This document shows positions 57,582 through 64,000 of a DNA stretch of 64,000 nucleotides, piece by piece (positions within the stretch are counted from its first letter, which is position 1; every line of letters begins with the position of its first letter). The notes beneath the pieces were generated by a model. That model saw nothing but the letters and a program-made list of their open reading frames with translations, was not told where the DNA came from and searched no databases. The stretch lies in the NCBI RefSeq assembly GCF_009914755.1, contig NC_060931.1, one strand, 5' to 3'. The translations under genes and the position numbers were made by a program. Source of the stretch: the human T2T-CHM13v2.0 reference genome, Homo sapiens.

Positions 57582-58053
57582 CCTGTCCTAGGTGGCACAG
57601 TAATAGACCCCAGAGGCATTTTCATTTAGTTTTGGAGGTATAAATTTCCAGCTTATCCTTCTACTTCCATAAGTATCATGCTTTCCTGACTGACTCCTGA
57701 TTCCAACATATCCCTGGAGTTGCAGATGTCATAGTACAGAAGATGCTGTGGGGCCTTCCCCTCCTGGCGTAGGTACCAGTGGATGTAGAAGGCATTTTCT
57801 ACAGGAAGATCACAGGTGATTACAGCAGATGACCCCATCTGCCTGGTGCCTGACTTTATTTTCGCTTCCAAGTTAGTAGATATCTGACTGGCTGCAATGG
57901 GAACAACATAAAATATAATGAGGTATTCCTTAGTATGGCGTCCCTTGCTAAAGAAGAAAAATCCAAAACAAAACCCAACCTGTGAGCCTCTCTGTAGGCA
58001 GCACACTTACCAAGAGACAGGAAAGCTAGAAGCAGGGCTAGGGCCCACCACAT
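57582..58053 (-). pseudogene. TRGV6: T cell receptor gamma variable 6 pseudogene; leader 58053-58011, V exon 57891-57582
   Basis: [54 protein letters not shown]. Frameshift near 57687; TGG->TAG at 57590-57588. Confidence 0.92.
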
Positions 58054-60321
58054 GCCTTCGTCTCTGGGGTCTTGAAAGAAAGGGCCCAGATGAACAGGAG
58101 CAGAAGATCCTCTCAAAACTCAGGTCCCACTCAACAAGGAAGTGATCCCTAGCACAGAAGGCAGTGGGGAAGGCTGGTCTTCCTGAGTCACAAGCAGGGA
58201 GAAGTGACTGAGGATGTGTCTTAGGGGACTCCCACGCCTTCCTTCCAGAAGGGTGGTGCCTGGGAGGACCTGCAGAGGAGCTCCTGCCTCTCTGCTCAGG
58301 CCAGTTCTGCAGCACCCTCTGTGGCAGCTGAGAGCAGGCCCTCTGCAGAAGAGAGCCAGGGGCATGGAGAGTTCAGGCCTCCAGCAGAGGGAGTGCAGAT
58401 ATGGGGAAAGCTGACCCCTGGAGTCAGCAGGCCCAGCCCTAGGAGGGGGCAGTCCCACAGCAGGCTCACACCCTGCCCTTCAGAGTTGCAGCAGCTAATG
58501 CTGATGCCAGGACCTTGTCCTGCCAGGAAGCCTCTGATTAGGGCTGTGAACCAACTTCCTTTTCACATCTGCAAGGACACTTGGAGGCAACTGCCCAAGG
58601 CCACTCTGAGGAGGGTTGAATGTTCTTTATTAAAAGGACTGAGGATCATGTGTGTTGGTGGGCCTTGGACTCTGCTCTAAGGTAAATGTGTGTGTGTGTG
58701 GCGGGGGGCGGGGGGGGGGGGTGCCTGTAATCCTGTGGGTGTGATCTCTTTATTAGACAATTTTTGTTCATTAAAGTAGGAGTGTAAGTTTGTTTGTTTG
58801 CTTGTTTGTTTTTAAAGTAGTACTGGGTGCCATGTCATGAAATATTTGGAACATACTTGAACTAAAAACTTGTTATATATCTGAACTTCCAAATTCCCTG
58901 GGTATTGTATATTTTATTTGTCATCCCTACCCTCAGAAAGCAGACTAATATCTGCAGTGCACCTGGATTCACAGATGGAAATAAGGGGACAAAACAAGTA
59001 CAGTAATATAATTGTGAAAATTCAGTAGGGCATGCACAGATTACCACCACCTCTGTAAGAAGTATATAGAGACACATGTTTGAAATATGCATAATGAGAT
59101 GTAGAACAATGTCTCTCTTGGTTGTTGTGTTGTCCTAGCTCAAATTTTGCAGTTTCTGCTGTCATCACAGCTGGGAATGAGAAAGGGAAGGGGCTCCAGT
59201 TGGTCTCCCTCTGCCTCTGGAGCACACGTGGAGGACATGAGGCTTCCGCAGGAACAGCTCTGAAAGCTGAGTTCTCGGGTCCCTGTGAAGGAGGGAAGCT
59301 TGCCTGCCTTGGAGCGTGAAAAAGTCTTGCTGGACAGAAGTCTCACGGTTTAAAACTGGGAAGGGAGAGGATTGAGATCACACTAGAATGCACAGAAAAT
59401 TCTTAAAACAAAAAAATGAGAGAAACTTCATCAGAATGTGAAAAGAACTATAAAGCTACAGTGCTGAAGAGAGGGCAATACTGGCACTAGAATGAGAAGA
59501 TTCATGGAACACAGTGGAAAATGCAGTAAGAGAGCTGCATGTATGTAATATTTTATCATGTGATAAAGTGATATATTAATATTCACAAGGAAATAGTCAA
59601 TTATTTAATAAGTTCTCTTTTTGGTATTGACTTACTGTATGGAAACAAATATTGTTGCATTTCTACCTTACTAGTTACAAATAGTGATTTAGTTGTAATA
59701 AAATGAAAATCATTAGACTTAAACGATGATGAATTGCATAGAAGTTCTAGGTGAGATTGGCCTTTCTAAGCCTGGCATCAAACTAGACACCCTAGAAAAA
59801 TGGACAGATATTATTTTATTTTTCAAAGTTCAATTCACCATAGGTGCCAAATGTAAATAATAACACATGAGGAGTAATATCTTCAACACATTGGATAAAG
59901 GGTCAGTATCTCTAAAATAGTATATATTAATTCTTACGAACCAATAAGAAAAAATTAATCCTCCAAAAGGAGAATAGGCAAAGAGTATCACAAGGCGATT
60001 CTCAAAAGAAGAACTATAAATGACCTATAACGTTGTCAAATATTGCTAGTACTCCTAAAGATGGGGGAATGCAAATCAAATTAACAAATCTCATTTTCAG
60101 AACCACAGAGCTTGGATTGCCATCATTATTAAATTAAAGTATATGACTTAGGGAATGTTAATTAACCCCCCAATTTCTTATGTTACATTCAACGGTACTT
60201 TAAACCCTTAATGAAGTTTCTGTGTAGATTAAATAAAATGTGCATGCAATGTGCTTAGTACATTAACTACCAGAATGTCAGCACCCATATGTACCATCAA
60301 TATTATTATTATCATTATTCA

Positions 60322-60609
60322 TTTTTTTGAGACAGAGTCTCACTCTATTGCCCAAACTGGACTGTAGTAGTGTGATATTAGCTCACTGAAACCTTCACCT
60401 TCCTGGCTCTAGAAATTCTCCTGCCTCAGCATCCAAAGTAGCTGGGATTACATGTGTGCGCCACAACAGCCGGCTAATTTTTTGTATATTTAGTAGAGAC
60501 AGGGTTTCACCATGTTGGCTGAGCTGGTCCAAATCTCCCGGCCTAAGTGATCCTAATGACTGGACTGCCCAAATGCTGGGATTACATGCATGAGCCACCG
60601 GGCGTGGCC
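60322..60609 (-). mobile_element. Diverged Alu
   Basis: Reverse-oriented dimeric Alu. Confidence 0.85.
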
Positions 60610-61873
60610 AGTATTATTGTTATTAATACAGTAATTATTGTATAAAAATTCCTGATGGATCAATGATGCCATCATTAAATAATCAACACATAAAAACATT
60701 CAAATAAATGATATGGACGTCTTTATGCATACTTATGAAGTATGTGCACCTTTAGAAGTAAGACACACAATCCAGACACAGGAAAATATAAGATTTATTA
60801 AAATGTATAAAAACCAAATATCAGAATGAAAATATAAATATGGCATTGAAATAGAAACAATACATACTCTGCTATGACAAACAGAGTGAAACAGCTCAAG
60901 TGAACTGACAAAAATATTGTTACCTGTAGTGTCAGGGAGAAAAGAGGAACAAGAAATCTACAATGGAAGCTAAAATCTTCAAATGCATCACCTTTTATGA
61001 TTTTGACTTCAGTTCCATGTAAATATTTTATATATACAAAACAGATTTGAAACAAAACAAAGTAATACAACAAATTTCCAAAATGTAAAAATGAAAACTG
61101 AACAGTTAAACTAGCTGTATAAATGTTGGCATGAACAAATAGAGAAAAATTATTTCAAATGATTTTGTGGAAAAAGTATTCTCATTATGTACCCAAAAAG
61201 GAAAGAAAGAGAGAGAAAAACAAGGAAGGAAGGAGGAAAACAAGGAAGGAGAATGGATGGAAGGAAACAAGGGAGGAAGGGAGGAAAGGATGGATGGAGG
61301 GAGGGAGTTAGGGAGGGAGAGAAAAATAAAAACAAGCAAAGAAGTAAGAAAAAAGAGAGAGAGAATAAAAGGGAGGGCAGAGGGAGAGAATGTTCAACTG
61401 CATACCTAGGCCTAGTGTTTTAGTGGTCATTATACTATTGCTTATATTGTTATAGACATAAGGAATAAGCACCACTCTCAGCTGTGATCTCTGGACCATG
61501 ACTGGATAAATGATTCAGTATAAATAACCTTCCTATTTGCTGTCCAAAATATCTAGATTCGCAGCTGGACCCTAGTTGTACCTGTCTGTCATAGGAAGCA
61601 GAGTGAGTGGGCCTCCCCCATGTCCTAGGAGAGCTGAGAGAACCTTACTCTCAGCCAGGCTGCTTAACTGAGGCCCGGAGATGGCAGCTTGATCTTCAGG
61701 AAAGTTGTGGGGGAGGGGTAGGGAACAGGGTGCAGCTGCTGCCAGGACAGTGTGATATTAGGAGGGAGATCAGGAGTTAAGCTGTCTTTCTCTTGTTCAG
61801 AATACAGTAAATTTGGTGGCAGGAAATGAGAGGGGGCGGCTCTATCTTGTGTACCAGAGGCAGCCACAAGGCA

Positions 61874-61912
61874 GATGTTCAGTGTGGTGTAGGGCAGATC
61901 TGAATCACTGTG
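61874..61912 (-). other. TRGV5P 23-RSS
   Basis: CACAGTG, 23 bp, CTGAACATC. Confidence 0.9.
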
Positions 61913-62382
61913 CCTGCCCCAGGTGGCACAGTAATAGACCCCAGAATCATTTTCAATTAGATTTTGCAGTCTCAAATTCCAGCTCCACCTCCTCGGTGTA
62001 TGAGTATAATACTTTCCAAGACTGAGACCTGATTCCAACACATCCCTTGAGTTGGAGACATCATAGTGCAGAAGATGCTGTGGGGTCTTCCCCTCCTGCT
62101 GTAGGTACCAGTGGATGTAGACAGCATTTATTACAGTAAGGTCACAAGTGATTTCAGCAGATGACCCAGTCGGCCTGGTGACTGACTTCATTCTCCCTTC
62201 CAAGTTGGAAGATTTCTGACTGGCTGCAATGGGAAAAACATAAAATATAATGAGGTATTCCTTTGTATGGCACCCCTTTCAAAAGAAGAAAACAAAACAA
62301 AACCCAACCTGTGAGCCTCTCTGTAGGCAGCACACTCACCAGGATACAGGAAAGCTAGAAGCACCGCTAGGGCTCACCGCAT
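61913..62382 (-). pseudogene. TRGV5P: T cell receptor gamma variable 5P pseudogene; leader 62382-62340, V exon 62223-61913
   Basis: Leader begins ATG CGG TGA (stop at codon 3, 62376-62374). V exon is open: [36 protein letters not shown]...YYCATWGR. Confidence 0.93.
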
Positions 62383-64000
62383 GCCTTCCTTTCTGGGGCC
62401 TTGGAAGGAAAGGGACCAGATGAAAAGGAGTAGAAGATCCTCTCAAAACTCAGGTCCCACTCAACAAGGAAGTGATCCCTAGCACAGAAGACAGTAGGAG
62501 GAGCTGGTTTCCTGAGACACAGGCAGAGAGAAGTGACTGAAGATGTGTCTTAGGGGACTCCCAAGCCTTCCTCCCAGAAGGGGTGGTGCCTGGGAGGACC
62601 TGCAGAGGAGCTCCTGCATCTCCTCAGGCCCTTTCTTCGGCGCCCTCTTGTGGCAGCTGAGAGCAGGCCCAGGGCAGAAGGGAGGCAGGGGCATTAAGAG
62701 CTCAGGCCTCCAGCTGAGGGACTGCAGATGTTGGGTAAGCTGACCCTGGAATTAACAGGCTCACACCTTGGAGGGGGCAGTCCCATAGCAGGCTCCCACC
62801 CTGCCCTTCAGAGTTGCAGCAGGTAATGCTGATGCCAGAACCTTGTCCTGACAGGAAGCCTCTGATTAGGGCCCGGAACCAACTTCCTTTTCGCATCTGC
62901 AGACTCATGGAGGCAACCACTCAAGGCCACTCTGAGAAGGGTTGAACGTGCTTTAAATTAAAAGGACTGAGGATCATGTGTGTTGGTGTGTCTTGGACTC
63001 TGCTCTAAGGTAAATGTGTGTGTGTGTTGGGGGGGGTGAGTTGTGCCTGTAATCCTGTGTGTGTGACCTCCTTATTAGAGGATTTTTGTTCATTAAGTAG
63101 GAATGTGAGTTTGTTTGTTTGCTTGTTTGTTTTTAAAGTAGTACTGGGTGCCATGTCATGCAACATTTGGAACATACTTAAACTAAAAACTTGTTATTTA
63201 TCTGAACTTCCAATTCTCCGCGTATTGTATATTTTATTTGTCATCCCTACCCTCAGAAAGCAGACTAATATCTGCAGTGCACCTGGATTCACAGATGAAA
63301 ATAAGGGGACAAATCAAGTACAGTAATATTATTGTGAAAATTCAGTAAGGCATTCACAGATTATCACCACCTCTGTAAGAAGTATATAGAGACACATGTT
63401 TGAAATATGCATAATGAGATGGAGAACAGTGTCCCTCTCAGTTGTTGTGTTGGGCTAGCTCAGAGAATTCAGTTTCTGCTGTCATCACAGCTGGGAATGA
63501 GAAAGGGAGGGGGCTCTGGTTGGTCTCCCTCTGCCTCTGGAGCACACATGCAGGACAAGAGGCTGCTGTAGGAGCAGCTCTGAAAGCTGAGTTCTCGGGT
63601 CCTTGTGAAGGAGGGAAGCTTGCCTGCCTTGGAGCGTGAAAAAGTCTTGCTGGACAGAAGTCTCATGGTTTAAAAATGGGAAGGGAGAGGATTGAGATCA
63701 CACTAGAATGCACAGAAAATTCTTAAAACAAAAAAATAATGAGAGAAATTTCATCAGAATGTGAAAAGAACTATAAAGCTACAGTGCTGAAGAGAGGGCA
63801 ATACTGGCACTAGAATGAGAAGATTCATGGAACACAGTTGAAAATGCAGTAAGAGAGCTGCATGTATGTAATATTTTATCATGTGATAAAGTGATATATT
63901 AATATTCACAAGGAAATAGTCAATTATTTAATAAGTTCTCTTTTAGGTATTGACTTACCATATGGAAACAAATATTGTCGCATTTCTACCTTACCAGTTA

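Overview
Human T-cell receptor gamma (TRG) locus, variable-gene region, with all V genes on the minus strand. From left to right: TRGV11 (ORF class, dead splice acceptor, Cys23->Trp), TRGVB (pseudogene), TRGV10 (ORF class, dead splice donor), TRGV9 (functional), TRGVA (pseudogene), then four tandem TRGV1-subgroup duplicons: TRGV8 (functional), TRGV7, TRGV6 and TRGV5P (pseudogenes). Each gene has a 40-46 nt leader exon, a short intron, a V exon and a 3' RSS. I found no J or C segments. Beyond the standard gene set, the sequence shows three further degenerate TRGV10/V11/VB-like relics (2541-2986, 3031-3458, ~24170-24668), and the first two are fused head-to-tail. It also holds a full-length CHCHD10 processed pseudogene with a 16-bp TSD, three solo ERV1 LTRs with TSDs, and many Alu, L1, DNA-transposon and simple repeats. 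Repeated candidate cis-elements include RUNX sites inside the V1-type RSS spacers, CTCF-like motifs upstream of the V1-type genes, and a STAT5/E-box/RUNX block downstream of the V10/VB/V11 RSSs. I see no evidence for a wholly new protein-coding system. The best candidates for undescribed biology are the V relics and the RSS-linked motif architecture. Gene and repeat-family names come from recognition, not from database searches.
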